Assembly: GCF_009914755.1 (NCBI RefSeq)
Contig: NC_060932.1
Strand: one strand, 5' to 3'
DNA: 64,000 nt
Source: the human T2T-CHM13v2.0 reference genome, Homo sapiens
Shown here: positions 45,690 through 60,209 of the stretch, one piece after another
Layout of the letters: each line of letters begins with the position of its first letter
Numbering within the stretch: the first letter of the stretch is position 1
The notes under the pieces: generated by a model
Databases searched by the model: none
What the model was told of the DNA's origin: nothing
What the model saw: the letters and a program-made list of their open reading frames with translations, nothing else
Program-made: the position numbers and the translations under genes

Positions 45690-46300
45690 TTGCTCACTAG
45701 CAAGGCTTTGCATGAACTGACTGGTTCTCTTCTCTGGTATTGTTTTCTATTATTCTTACCTTTACTCCAGGTCTGTCTGTTCCTTGATCCAACCTGTTCC
45801 TGCTTCAGGGCTTTTTCCTCCTCTTTCCTTTACCTAGATTGTCTTCCCAGATCCTTGGCTGGTTCAGTTTCATTGTTTAGTTCAAATAATACCTTTTCTG
45901 AAAGACTTTCCCTGGTCATCCTACCAAAAATAGTTTTCCTCTTTTCATCACATTTTCCTTGTACCGCTTTTTCTTATTTGAAATTATCTTATTTGTTATT
46001 TGCTTATTATCTTTCTCACTCTGGTGGAATATAAGCCACAGTAGTCAGGTCCCTTATCTGTTTTGTTCACGTCTATGTCCTGCTCCTAAAAGAGCATATT
46101 AATGGTTCCCAACTCATGATGGTTCAATTTATACTTTTTTTTTTGACTCTATGATGGGTTTATTTGGGTATTAAATGCATTTTGACTTTTGATATTTTTG
46201 GCTTAATGATGGGCTTATCAGGATGTAACCCCATCATAAGTGGAGGAACATCTATAGTTTCTGGCTTTATTAATATTTATTCAAACAATGAACGAATGAC
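45690..46300 (+). mobile_element. L2 3' end
   Basis: Pyrimidine-rich L2 body; ends with AATATTTATT..AATGAACGAATGA. Confidence 0.7.
46101..46254 (-). mobile_element. MER47/Tigger5-family MITE (TcMar)
   Basis: TATCAGGATGTAACCCCATCATAAGTGGAGGAACATCT; TA flanks. Confidence 0.8.
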
Positions 46301-46369
46301 ATGGCTGAATCTATTCAGCTTTCTCCAAATGTTGGCATCTTAAAAACATCAACTGTCGTAATCTTTAAA

Positions 46370-46650
46370 AGTGTAGTAGCAGTTATGCATGTGAGTTTTA
46401 AGCCAGATTACCTGGGTTCAAATACCACTTTTATAGATTATTAAATGCACATTGAGATTATTAAACTCACATTGAGCAAATTACATGTCTCTGTAAGCTT
46501 CTTTCATCATTCTCTTCTTCCTATGGGAATAATATTGGTATCTACCTGAAGGGTTATTAAGAGGATTATACAAGATAATCCATGCCCCACACTTAGAACA
46601 AAGCCACATAGATCATAAGTACTCTTAAGTGTTGGTTATTAATTGTAATA
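46370..46650 (+). mobile_element. MIR
   Basis: AGCCAGATTACCTGGGTTCAAAT..GGGTTATTAAGAGGATT. Confidence 0.75.
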
Positions 46651-47273
46651 TAAGGATAGTATAGATAATTATGTGATCTTGCCTTAAATATGGGTAGGAT
46701 CAGCAGAAATTGGTGTGGAAAGCGTTGAGGGACAGTGAGAAAGTTCTTCTGCTTCAAAAGTTTTACATGGCTGCTAAATTCCTTCACATTTTATCTTTGG
46801 GTATTTTTTCTTGTGGATTTAGTTGTGGTTTGTCCTCACCAAGCAGCTATGCTGGTTACACAAAGGATGATCAGGGGTTTGAAGACAGAAGACAAAGTAT
46901 CCAGAGATTAGGGGAGGCCAATGTAGAAGGAACCCAACAAAGATGGGTGCATGTAGAAGGTAGATTCTATCGGGGAGATCTGGAGAGGATGGGAACATGG
47001 GTGCAGACTTTACTTCAGAAGGAGAGCTTCTGTTTTTAGAAGGACTTGAAGGAAACAAAGCCCTCAGATACAAAGGAACTGGATTTCAGGAACCAAGTCA
47101 GGGATTAAGGCCTAGGTAAAAATCTAGTTTCTGGACTGAAGTATAAGACAGTGCAACTGGGGTGTGAACTCAGTTGCCCTTAAGGTTGAGCTAATAGGTC
47201 TTCCAGAGCTCCTGTAAAGGTAACAGTATTAGTCTCAGATGTGGTCATTTGGCTATAATAAAACTAAAGGTTT

Positions 47274-47378
47274 CCTAGGAGGCAGAGATTGCACTGAGCT
47301 GAGATCATGCCACTGCACTCCAGCCTGGGTGACAGAGCAAGACTCTGTCTCAGAAAACAAAAATAAAAACAAAAACAA
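47274..47378 (+). mobile_element. 5'-truncated Alu (3' part of right arm)
   Basis: TSD AAAACTAAAGGTTT / AAAACTAGAGGTTT. Confidence 0.92.
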
Positions 47379-47386
47379 AAAACTAG

Positions 47387-47751
<365 letters not shown>

Positions 47752-47769
47752 TTACAGTGGTAGCATGAT

Positions 47770-48005
47770 TGGTACAGTGACAAGGACTGGGGCTAGAATC
47801 AGACATTTACATTTCGACTCTGCAATTCATAGTCTGTCTTTGGGAAAGTTACTTCACTTCTCTGAGCCTCAGTTTCTTTATCTGTTGAAAAGGAAATAAT
47901 ATATATCATAGAATACTTTTTTCAGGGGGAAGATTAAGTGAGCTGATATGTGAAAACATGCATCAGGGTTCCCAGAATCTCAGAGATGCTCAATAAATGA
48001 TAGTT
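47770..48005 (+). mobile_element. MIR
   Basis: AAGTTACTTCACTTCTCTGAGCCTCAGTTTC..GCTCAATAAATG. Confidence 0.85.
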
Positions 48006-51000
48006 TCTCTCCCTATTATCTATCTTAGGGTGAGATTTTTTGGTTTGCTCTCCTAGTAACAGTTCTTTTTGCTTGCCAAGGGCAAAAATATTATAGCAAT
48101 GAATGGTTTGATTAGGGGAAATGAGAGAAGACAGGAAGAATAGATAATAATGAATGTCAGGCTTGGGTGAGATATCCAGTAGGGTATTGCTCTAGGGTAC
48201 TCCAGGATAGCGCTTTAACAACTGGGAAGGGTGACTTGCATATGCCCTAGTTAACTCCTCCTCATCTTTCCCTTCAATTTCTCTAGAAGTCTTTTCTTTC
48301 CTTATTTCCCTGCCCTATCACAGTGATCCCAGAGTATGCATTTACATTTATGATTCTTTGATGACTGGCTATCTTCCTCCCTGGGCCACCTGCCTGCTCC
48401 ATGAGGGTCAGGAACTGTCTGTATGCAGTGTGGCCACAGGATGCATAGCAACTACAGCAGCACCCAGCACGCAGGAAAGGGGCACCAGATCAAGAGGAAT
48501 GTGAAAATTTGGAAATATTGAGATCATTTCAAACAAACTTTTCTTCCTTCATAGTTTTTTGCACAGGGCTATTAGAGTGGGTAAAATTGTACACAGATAT
48601 TAAGTTTTATTTGAGAGGTCTTGGAGACTTATAAACTCTGTTCATTGTCTATATCATGGGCATCATTTCCTTTTTTGGACGGTCTTGACGTAGTTACTTA
48701 TAAAATCTCTGCTGATATCAGCAGCAGTGCATGCCTATGAGACAATGCTTATATTTTATGGCTGCTGTAGCTGTTTTAAAGAGAATCAATATAAGATTAT
48801 CTACACCTTAATAAACCTTTGAAAAATATGCTCTTTTAATAATAATGCAGCTTTGTCTGTCCTATATACTTTTAGGAATACATGTTTTTAAATCAATGAA
48901 ATTATGTCCTTCACAGCATCTAAGAGTGGAATCTCATTGTGAAAGCCAGACATTACATTAATGATAAACAAAATTTAGTCAATAATATTGTGAAGTATGA
49001 GATTTACTGAAGAATGAAAATATAAAACCCCTCCTTACAAAGCATATTTACAATAAAATATGTTCCTATTTTAACTTTCATTACGATTTTGTTAAGTAAA
49101 CAAATTTTTAAAAGAAATAGTAATTGAAAAAAATATTTTTTGATCATAAAAAATAACCTGAAAAAGACCATTAGTTGAATTTTTAAAGCCCTTTTTGTGG
49201 GATACACATGTCTACATATGTGGCATTTTATACATCATAAGAAGTGCTTTGATAATGAGCCATTTGATTTTAAGCAGAGGTTAAAAGACCATACATGGCC
49301 ATATCCTTTTCTATGTTCCATGCTTGTAAAAACTGACCCCAGCCCCTCTTTATATATATTTTTTATTTTTTTCCTTTTCTTTTCTGTTAGCTGTTAAAAA
49401 GCAACCTGTTTATATTTTGTATGTATTAATTTTGAAAATAAAAAGTCACTTAGGTTTCTATGACAAGTAATCCATTTTGTTATGAGGAGATCCTTTTTCT
49501 TTTTTAAATTAAAGCATATTTAGAAATATGAATATTAAGCAAGAATCATTGTTTCAGTAACACCGATGAATAGACAAACCCGGGAAACCATGGTATGAGA
49601 TAAACCAGTGAGCCACATCACCTCGCAGAGTTCTCTTGTGGGCAACCAGATTGTGGGTTGCTGTGAGCCACACACCAGGATTTCATTCCATACCAGTTCC
49701 TCATTCCATATACTCAATCAGCAAAAGAGAAGTTCCATACTTAATAAATGCAAGTCCTAATTGTGGTGGACTATAGCCAGAAATCTGTAGGCCTAATGAT
49801 GCATATGAAAATGGAAGGATGTAATAGGAGCACAAAAAGAACAATTCCTCGAGTGCTGAGATGGCTCCTTGCCAGCCACCCAAGTTAAAGGCAAGGAGGC
49901 TGCTATACTGGGGCCCTCTGGCCTGGAGAATGCCCCTTTCTGTGGAGGCCTCTGCAATGTCTGACCTTCAGGGACCCTCCATGATGAAGGGAGACTAAGA
50001 AAGCTGCATCTACTCCCTACCTTTGCTTTTGTTTTATGTATTCACACTCTGTGTGTTTGCTCTTTGGGTAGCAAACTAAAATGAAATCAGCATTAAAGTG
50101 AATTGAGTTTAAACTGTCAGAGTTGTGGGATGGCCTAGCTTCCTAATATCAAGTGTCATTTTTTTCAATTTTTGCAAAAATAACTTAATATCCAGCTCAT
50201 TTCTCTTTTATTTATAGAAGATTTAGTTTTATTATTTAAGTTTCTCCCACAGGTACTTTCAGTTGAATTCTTTACACAAATTTTTGAAAAGGAAGAACCA
50301 AAAATTCCTGTCAAAAATGTGATGGGCTGTGTAATTTTATGGCAGACAAGTTTATATCTTATATCTTAATAAAGTACAAAGGAGCGGCTGGCAGGCTTTC
50401 AGAAGAGATGTGCCAAGTCTCTGCTTCTGCTAATTATACATTTTAGGTGGCAGCAATACCCACTTTCAAAATAAAGCAAAATCCCCAAATTTTGTTTTCT
50501 TAACACCAGATACCCTTTTTTTCTAATCTCCAGGAATTGGGCACTTTCATGTCAGCTTAGGACTAGAAGAATTGAAGTAAGATTTCACTGTGGATACTAC
50601 TTACTAAATATACATGATGATATCTGGAAAATGAAGTGACTTTGTAATGACTGGTCTTGGGGAGGTACTGGGGAAAGGGAAGGGGGAGAAGAAGCAGGTA
50701 GTGGGTATAGAGAAACTATGGGTTCAGAAGCAATGAGTAAAGATGTCATGGAAACAAGAGCAGAGTTGGGGAATTCACCTCCTCTACCCTCTGTATACCT
50801 CTGAGGAATAACCACATCCTACCTCCTGCATGCTATGGACTCAGCACCAGAACACAAGTTTCTCTTTTCTCCCTTCCTGATTCCAATAACTTGTCCCTGT
50901 GCCAGCAATTCCACAGAACTTAGTCTTTTTGGCAGAGCTGATGGGGTAAACATTTAGAAGGGCCACTCAAAATTTTCATTCACCACTTTGTGTATGTACC

Positions 51001-52127
51001 ATAGTTTGTTGAGCTCCAGAGGATGTTATCAACCCAAATATCTTAGATAATGGGTCACTACAGATAATTCCATTGATTTCCAATCCCCTTTTGGGGGGAT
51101 AATTACCTACTGTGCTAATTATGATGGTGACATTTTTCCTTAGACAGAAAAGAGAATGAAGATATTTTATCAATGTAAACATCCATCCATTTAAAGTATT
51201 TTCCCAGTGATTATGGAGTGTTAGCATTGTTGAAGAGATGAAGAGGGCAAGATAAACATATAAACTCCCTCAACTAGCTACTGGGCAAATAGCTTCTTTA
51301 TCTGACAGAGAAATTATGTGCAGTCTGTCAAACCAACAATAACAGGATGCTCACAGGGACAGAGGGATCTCTCTCTGCTCTTGCCTTGTGTGGCACATGA
51401 CAACCAGTAGTAAAATTTTAGCAGTTATTGGCATGTGTCAACTCTGGTTCTGTGGCAAGAAAATGGAAACAGCAGCAATCATGCTCAATTTAAGTCTCTC
51501 ATGATGTCAGGCTTTTCATGGACTCACACGGACATCAGAAAAGACTCAAAAGGGTTTACAGATGTGCAGTCAGCTATGACAGTGATGCTGCCGACGGGGC
51601 TCATGGATCAACTAACGATTAAGATATCAAAAGCAATCCCTGTAGCTTGCTGACAGCTGGTTCAATTGTTTGCACCTGTTTCCCCTTCATTACACATGTG
51701 TTTGGAATGGATTATTCTGGCTTGTGCCAGACACATTTCGCCTTTCTTCAGAGTGACGTCCTGCAGAAGCATCACAGCCTGAAGACCAGAAGGCTCTCTA
51801 TGACGGCCCACTGAAGGAAGAACCAGTGTGCTTTTGAAAATGGCTCTGGGATGTTGAGGCTGACAAGATTATTAGTGAAGATTCTTTCTTGACAACAGTT
51901 AACACAGATATATGAACAATGCTTGTTTCCTCCATGAATCAGGGAGAGAGCTCTCTAATCTTACAGTGACACTTGGCCCTTGCCTGTTCTTTGGATAATA
52001 GTATCAGCATGCATCCAGCCATCTTGAATCTGTTTTGGAACTAGATAGGGGTATCAATAAGTAAATCAATGAGCCATCCCCCAAGTCTCCTGAACCTTGA
52101 TGTTACTCTGGATCCCTGTCTCACTCT

Positions 52128-52600
52128 CAGAGGCAAATTCACTGTGAAGTTGATGAAGCTCAAGCTTCAGATCCTTGTACTTGCATGGGCCCTTCCCAGG
52201 TTCTGAGAGTTGCCCTAGCAAGGGGTTCACATGGTTATATGTTTTTGTAAAATGTGCAAAAGTAAGACGTTTCAACCACAGTGGGTTAAGCCTGCTGTTT
52301 CTTTCCACACTGACTTCTCCTCTGACATACTTCCCATCATGTGATGTGGTGTTGAAGTGGTTGTGGGCACTTTTAGTGTCTGGCTAAGGGGAAGCTGAGT
52401 TGGGGACACATTTAGTTTGGGTTTTGTGGGATATTTTTATGTGGTTTGCAGGCTCTTATGTCTGTATTTCTGGCTTCCAGGAATACTCATAGTGTCTATT
52501 ATTTATGCCTATTTTTGAATTCTATGTTCTATATTCTGTATCTTAAGGTGGACCCTCCAAATTGAAAAAACTTCAGGCCTTACTAAATCTGATATCTCCT
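52128..52600 (+). mobile_element. Arthur1/MER69 (hAT-Tip100)
   Basis: Start CAGAGGCAAATTCACTGTGAAG..GAAGCTCAAGCTTCAG; GGCTAAGGGGAAG.TGAGTTGGGGA. Confidence 0.7.
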
Positions 52601-52641
52601 ATTTGCTTCCTGTATCTACACCAAATCCTGTCAATTCCATC

Positions 52642-52832
52642 TAGTGGTAATGTTGGTGAACTGGTTCTCTCAAAAACTAAAAAGCCCTTATTTACAGCAT
52701 CTGCTAATTTCCTTGCCTGATTTCATTGCTAATTCCCGGGGATCAATGGTTTAACAACCAGCTCACAGAATTTCTGAATATGTAACAACCAACTATTGCA
52801 AGATGGTAAAAGATGGCTCCCGTATGCCACTT
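52642..52832 (-). mobile_element. MER63-like (hAT-Blackjack)
   Basis: GGTTTAACAACCAGCTC..TAACAACC..GGCTCC..GCCACT. Confidence 0.6.
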
Positions 52833-52839
52833 ATTCTCC

Positions 52840-54005
52840 CTCAGAAATAGTTCCGTGAACTGGCCTTTTTTCTTTGTCTTGCCTTCTGATTATCTTAGTT
52901 TAGACTTTCATCTCTCCTCAACCCTGTCTCCCCAAGACCATTGTAACAGCTTCTTATCCTGTTTTTCTTCCACCTGGCTGTTCCGAGCTCAGTCCACTTT
53001 CTAAAATACCACAAGATTTACTTCTTAAAATGCAAATTTGACCATGTAAGCCTCTGGTTTTAATCTTTTCTGGCTTCTCTATTATCTATAGGGGGAAAAT
53101 GTCAATACTCAATTTGGTTTATAAACTCCTTCATCCTCTAACTCTTAACCTATCATCTGGCCTCATCTTCTTCCATACTACTGAGACTTACTGAGTGAAC
53201 TCAACATTCCCCAAACGTGCCGAAGCCACCATTTTCCTGTACCTCTCTGTCTGGATTCTGCTTCTTTCCTTTCTCCACGTGGCAGATTCCTACACATATG
53301 TATATTCACTGGTTGTTTTCAGACTGTGGAAAAGTTTCTCTCCATTGAGGCAACCTCAAGGATGTCTTCTGTGGGAACTCATTAAACTCACAAAAGTTTG
53401 CTTGAAGACCCAGGACAAAAAGAGGGACAAAAGAACAAAATATCTCATTGTTAAAAGTTACATTTCTGCAAACTTCCTTTATACCTAATCAAATAGCACC
53501 AAATAAGATGCTGTCACATTGTATGTGACTACTTTTTTCACTGCTGCTGTAAAACAAGTCACTTGAAGGATTAAAAGAAACTGAGCTGGGATATGGGCTC
53601 TCCAAGGCAGGAGCATCAAAATTTAATGTTAATTTTTTTTGCCCAAGTAAATTTTCAGGGATAGTCATTAAAATCATGCTCTCTGCTTATTGAACTCATG
53701 AGCTGCATCACATTGTCACATTCAAAAATCATTCTATGCCTCTCTTGTACTTTCAGTCACATTTCCTGAGAAGTTTCCTCAATTTCCTAATGTTCATAGG
53801 TTCTGCTGTGAGATTCTTTCTGTACTTTTTATAGTACAAGGATGTAGGTAATCATGTACTTAAATTTATCTCCTACGACTAGACTATATGCTCCTCCAAA
53901 ATACACACTATGACATGTTAATCTAGGCATTCCTAAAATGGGCCCTCAATAGCATATATAAGCCTCCTATAAATATGTGTTGAATAAAGAACGAATAGAT
54001 GGATT
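52840..54005 (+). mobile_element. L2 fragments
   Basis: TTAAAATGCAAATTTGACCATG; terminal AAATATGTGTTGAATAAAGAACGAAT. Confidence 0.65.
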
Positions 54006-54639
54006 CAAAAAAAAGAAAAGTTGAAGAAGATAAGGCAGTGGTCAGGCTAGGAGGGATCAGTTTTTTCATGTCTATACATGTGGCAATCAGAATACTCTAT
54101 TTTCGAGATGATAAAATCAAACAATAACTCTATAAATTAACTGTGGAAGCTCTTGGTTTTGTGACTATTAATGTTTACAAGCATAACACTTTTATGAAAT
54201 TAATCTTTATTCTTGATATAATAAATTTTAAACACTACAAAAAAATATGGTTGGCATAATAGGAGAAATGTCACTAGAATAGAAGCCTGGCTTATGAATG
54301 TAGTGGTTATGTGATGTGCATCTAAAGCAAACTAAGAGTTAAGAGGAGGATAAACAAAGCCAACTGCAAGAACACGTGGTAAGCTAAGAGAAAGGAGAAG
54401 GAAAAGCACCATGCAAAGGAAATCCAGAAGAGGTATTTGTGATAAGATAGACACACTTGTTACTGGGTATGTAGGAAATAACTGGGATAGGGCACAGGAA
54501 GGAGGAAAGAAACAAATATTTATAACAAAAAGTATCTAGTAAACTAAGTGACAAATGAATGAGATGATTGGAGGCACTAATTTCAGACTGATTTATAGAA
54601 CACTTTCTTATACATTATAAGTACACATTATATGATTGA

Positions 54640-55225
<586 letters not shown>

Positions 55226-55697
55226 AATATGTATTTGATCTGATTCACTTCAAAGAGGGCCCAGAGTGTGACATGGAGGAGAATTGTTTATTTCAACCAA
55301 TCTTAATTTTTAGTAATCACAAAGACAAAATATGCACAGGTCACTTACTATCTGAAGATATATTTTCTCCTCTTTGGTATGGTGATAACTAAGTGCTCTA
55401 CCAACTTGTGAAAATAGAGAGAAACAGCACCTTTGAAAATGCATTGGAAAAATTTAGGACAGCAGCATGACCAGACTATAGACTAGGAGTCAGGCGACCC
55501 AGGAAACTTGGGTTTTACAACTAATCTTGCCATTAAGTGTGTGGGTTTAGGAAAGTTATATGAACTTTCAAGACTTCACATTCATATATAGATGAAAACC
55601 AAGAGCTTCTACCATTATTTCTAGAGTTATAGTTTTGTTTCACTTACATTTCATATGTATAAAATAAAATCCATTTTATGTATTTATGAGGTAGGTG

Positions 55698-55745
55698 TAT
55701 TTATGTATAAGATACATTTTATAAAATGTATCTTATACATAAATA
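55698..55745. repeat. Perfect 48-bp palindrome
   Basis: TATTTATGTATAAGATACATTTTA|TAAAATGTATCTTATACATAAATA equals its own reverse complement. Confidence 0.95.
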
Positions 55746-56045
55746 TGAAATGTGTATGTATATATGCACATACACACAAGGAACTTGGTCTAAAAGGAGT
55801 TGTAAGATCCTGAGCAGGGATTATTTGACAGTAAGCTAAAAACAAGATGAGACACAGTGTAAATGCTCAGTCTAGGGAGACAAGCAGAAAGCAGCCAGGA
55901 GTGGTTTAAGATAGACACAGGAGCTAACAGAGGAGAGGGAAGGGTATCATCGATCAATTTTCCTGGGTGGGGATCGTCTTTGGATGCCGGGCAGCTAAGT
56001 CAGAAATGCAGGGCAGTGGGTGGCGTCTCCTTTCTTGTCTCTACC

Positions 56046-56443
56046 TGTTTTAGTCCATTTGTGCTGCCATAACAAAACACCTGAGACTGGGTAATTTATA
56101 AATAATAGAAACTTATTTCTCATGATTCTGGAGGCTGGGAAGTCCAGAGTCAATCTGCACCAGCAGATTCCGTGTCTGGGAAGGGTTTGCTTTCTCTTTC
56201 CAAGATGGCGTCTTTTTGCAGTGTCCTCTGGAGAGGATGAAGGCTATGACCTCACATGGCAGAAGGCATGGAAAAGCCAGGCAGGTCTCTGATACCTCTT
56301 TTATAAGGGCATTAATACCACTCACCAGTACAGAACCCTCATGACTTAATCACTTCCCCAAAGGACCTGCCTGTTGATACCACCACACTGAAAATTAAGT
56401 TTCAACATGAATTTTGGAGGTTCACAAATATTCAAAACATAAC
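56046..56443 (-). mobile_element. MaLR solo LTR (MSTC/D or MLT1A-like)
   Basis: TGTTTTAGTCCATTTGTGCTGCCATAAC..TTTCAACATGAATTTTGGAGG..ATAACA. Confidence 0.88.
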
Positions 56444-56707
56444 ACTGTCCATACATGTACTGTTTCTGTGTTAGCTTGTTTCTATCCTGATTGCCTATGA
56501 TGATGTTTGTGTTTCCTGGCTTAGGTCATTGACGAGTAGGTGCTAGATCTGGTAGTAGATAGGAAATGCTCTCCATTCTAATTTTCCCAGGGTCCTAGAC
56601 TGGTTCTTCCCCGCATCTCTTTGAAATGAGTTGAGTCTAGGTTTGAACCTTTTATCTAATTTCTATATTTTGCTTTTCTATCAGGGCTCAAACAAAAATC
56701 TAATTTC

Positions 56708-57005
56708 GTGTGTGTGTGTTTAGAAACAGGGTCTTGCTCTGTCAACCAAGCTGGAGTGCAGTAGAGTAATTGCAGCTCACTGCAACCTCAACCTTCTGGG
56801 CTCAAGCAATCCTCCTGCTGTAGCCTCCCAAGTAGCTGTAATTACAGGCATGCACTACCATGCCCAGCTAATTTTTAAGATGCTTTTGTAGAGATGGGGT
56901 CTTGCTCTGTTGCCCAGGCTGGCATTGAACTCCAGGCCTCAAGTGATCCTCCCATCTCAGCCCTCCAAGGCACTGGGATTACAGGCATGAACCACCCACC
57001 TGCCT
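56708..57005 (-). mobile_element. AluJ with (CA)n-converted tail
   Basis: ACAGGGTCTTGCTCTGTC..CTGGGCTCAAGCAATCCTCC. Confidence 0.92.
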
Positions 57006-57827
57006 TGATTTCCAGGTTTTTATTAGGACATTTTGGTTGACCCTGTGGTCTTGCCATAGCCTTGTGGACATTACTAAGCACAACCCATTTGATAAAAATA
57101 TCTGTTGAAAAGTTTTTTTTTAAAAGGCTTATAATCTGATTTTTTTTAGGTTAATGAAATATGTGCAAATGACAAAAATGCCTGATGTGACATTGATCAA
57201 AATTTTACCACCTTTTGGGAAAGTATATGGCCTAGCCCATATACTTTAGTTGATATCTATAGTTGCTATCACCTTAAAGCCTGGGTGCTCTTCCCTAGTC
57301 TGGGCTCCTAAATTGTCCCTGCACCATTAGCCAGGGACATACTTTCCTGGATTTGGTCTTAGATGGCCAGACTATCCTCTGGCCAAGCTTGTCAGACTCC
57401 AAAGTTAGTCCCAGCTTGTTCTCATCTCCCAGCTGGCACAGACATAGGATTGCTAGCCTTCTGCAAAGAGGGTGTAGGAAGGGTATGTGGAGTCACATCA
57501 TATGCACATTTAACTAAAACAAATCCAACTATAGGAGTTGAGAGAGACAGGGTGGAAACAATCAGATTCTGCACACCATTTCACAAATTGATTATGCATT
57601 TGGGAGTGGGCAGGAAATAGAAGGCAGAAGTTGACTTTCCTTGATCAGTCTTAGTTCCCTTTTGCTTCTCCCAATGTGAGCATCTTGAAGGCTGAATGTG
57701 ATCATAGTAGTAAAAATGCAAATTTCCCTTACCACATGATCCATAAATGCAACACAATAAGCTGCTCAACCAGAGGAATAGTCATCTGGGCCAAAGCTAC
57801 AGGAAAACCAGTTCTTTTGGATCTTCC

Positions 57828-58010
57828 AGAGCAGTACAATAGAACTTGTCATGGTGATGGAAAAGTTCTCTAGTCTATAGTGGTCAGTATGCTAGCTAGC
57901 AGACACAAGGGGCTATCGAGCACTTGAAATGTGGCAAGTCTGATGGAGGAATTTATATTAATTAAAATTAATTTAAACTAAATACCTTATGCAACTGTGT
58001 TGAAGAGTAT
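57828..58010. mobile_element. MER3 (hAT-Charlie)
   Basis: CAATAGAACTT..GATGGAAA..GAGCACTTGAAATGTGGC. Confidence 0.8.
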
Positions 58011-58037
58011 AGATCCAGAAAATTTCCAGTGTGGCAT

Positions 58038-58639
58038 TGTATTACTTTTCTCTTTCTGTATAACAGATCACCACAGATTTTGCAACTTATGCAATACCTA
58101 TTTAATTAGTTAAGCCAGAAGTTTGAACTGGCTTTCCTGAATTCTCTGCTTAGAGCCTTACAAGACAGAAATCAACGTGTAGGTCAGGCTGAGCTCTTAT
58201 CTGGAGACTCTGGGAAAGAATCTCCATCTAGGGTTATTTGGGTTGTTGGAAAAACTTAGTTTCTTGTGGTTGTACGACTAAGGTTTATGTTTCCTTCCTG
58301 GCTGGTGGCCAGGGTTTGCTCTCAGCATCTAGAGGCTAGTCTCTAGTCTTTGCACATGGCCACTTCCATCTTCAAGCTAGAAATGGTCATCGAGTCCCTC
58401 TGATACTTTAGATCTCGATGACATCCTCTTCTACTGTCAGCCTGAGAAAAAGGCTCTGTTTTCAAAGGGCTCACTTGTTTGAGTCAGGCCCACCCAGTTA
58501 ATCTCAATATTTTAAAACCAACTCACTTGGGGCTTTAACTGCATCTGCAAAGTCCCTTCACAGAAGTACTTAGATTAGTGTTTGATTGAATAACTAGGCT
58601 GGCAATAATAGAGGGCCATCTAGAATTCTGCCCGTCACA
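58038..58639 (-). mobile_element. MLT1 (MLT1E-like) solo LTR
   Basis: TGTATTA..GGGCCATCTAGAATTCTGCCCGTCACA; TSD GGCAT / GGCAC. Confidence 0.88.
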
Positions 58640-59129
58640 GGCACCTTCTTCAGATTTCCAATGCTAATTTTGACCAGGTTTGATTTTCGTATTTTACACT
58701 AGCTTTTAGAACCCAATCCCAAGTAAAATATGAACTTGTAGTGGGTAGAATAATGTCATTGCTTTGGGTTTTGAATTTTTTTCTGTTCTCAAAAATCACT
58801 TAAAAAATGTAGAAACCTGGGAGTTAGTGTGGGGTGGTTGTAGGTGGGGTGGAGTAGGTGAATATAAGCCTATATCTACTAAGACTTTAGCTTAGCTTTT
58901 AATGCTCTGGTTAAGATGAGGTAATATGTAGCTGAGATGGGCTCCTAATACTTGGCTGGCTGAATTGTGGGGGAGTAGGAAGGAGAACCTCGTGAGAAGG
59001 GCTAGGATGAAAGAACCTAGTGAGAAGACTTAGTGGCTACCAAAGATGACTTAGTCATCTCTCTCAAAGTTATTTACCACTTTGGTATTTGGGTCATAGT
59101 TTGCCACTCCATGCCTTAGCATATTTTTA

Positions 59130-59385
59130 AAGCTATTAAAGTCAACAAGACAGCAAAATTTGTTTAAAAAAGAGAGATATTTTAAATCCCTTCAAAGTGA
59201 TATCAGGCTGTGTTAATGGATGCATTATGTTCTAAACCAGAAAAAAATTATTTCAAGCCACTTGGCACTAGTCTTGCCTGAACATATTTCAACTGCTTTT
59301 AGTTTGGGATACCACATGTTGAAAAAGAGACAAATTAGAGAAAATTCAGAGTGGCAACCAACATGATAAAATGCCTAGTTAAAGG
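59130..59385 (+). mobile_element. L3/CR1 fragment
   Basis: GGCTGTGTTAATGG..GCACTAGTC..GGATACCACAT..GACAAATTAGAG..TTCAGAG. Confidence 0.6.
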
Positions 59386-60209
59386 TTCATGGCGTGGCTC
59401 AGGGGATTGGTAATGGGGTATAAATCCTCTCTCTCGTCAGCACTTCATTTTTAGCAGTGTCTATCTAATGGCTGTCATCGCCACTTAGATTCAGAGACCA
59501 GCATGGGAGGAATTGATGGTTGGGTATGGTTTAGAATGTTGCAGTCCATATGCCAAAGAGCATCACCATCAGAACCTTCTTCACCTTTCTGGTGAAGAAG
59601 TTAGGGGTTTAAACACAAAAGCTAAATCTGATATTCACCTGACCCAAGCCAGTTAGTTCCAAGTTTGGCTGGGCAAATTGTTAATTACTCTTGGTAGTAG
59701 ACTTCGTGATATTTGAATTTGGACTGAGAGAAATTCATTTTCTTGTTTAAATAAATATCCACATAGTTGAACTATTTTGAAGAAGTTTGAAATCTGTTTC
59801 AAGCTTAAGTAAAAAAAAAAAAAAATCAGAGTGCCAATTTATTTAACTACAGTGAGAAACAAAACTATAATCTACAATGCTCATGTTAATGAGATCTGTG
59901 CATTCTGTACACAGGAAGAGCTCCAACAGGTATGGAATCATAATCAGAAGGTTACCCTGAGGTCAGCATGGTGTTCTAAGATGATTCTAAGGTGGCTGGA
60001 TATGTCCATCTATAGCTTTTGTTCAAGTCTGTATGACCAGCCAGGTTGTGTGGTAGGATCGTGACTAACCTCTTTCTTAGTTCTAGATCTGTTATTAATT
60101 ATTGAATAATGCCTGGCAAATGGATAAAGTGAGTAGCTAGTAACTAATGGTCCTTAAGGCCTTTTCAGCTATAAAATTCTTTGATTTTATGTACATATTC
60201 TACAGGTCA

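Noticed and set aside
46710-47039. 109-aa ORF in apparently unique sequence
   Set aside because: No recognisable domain, a non-ATG start and no convincing splice boundaries.
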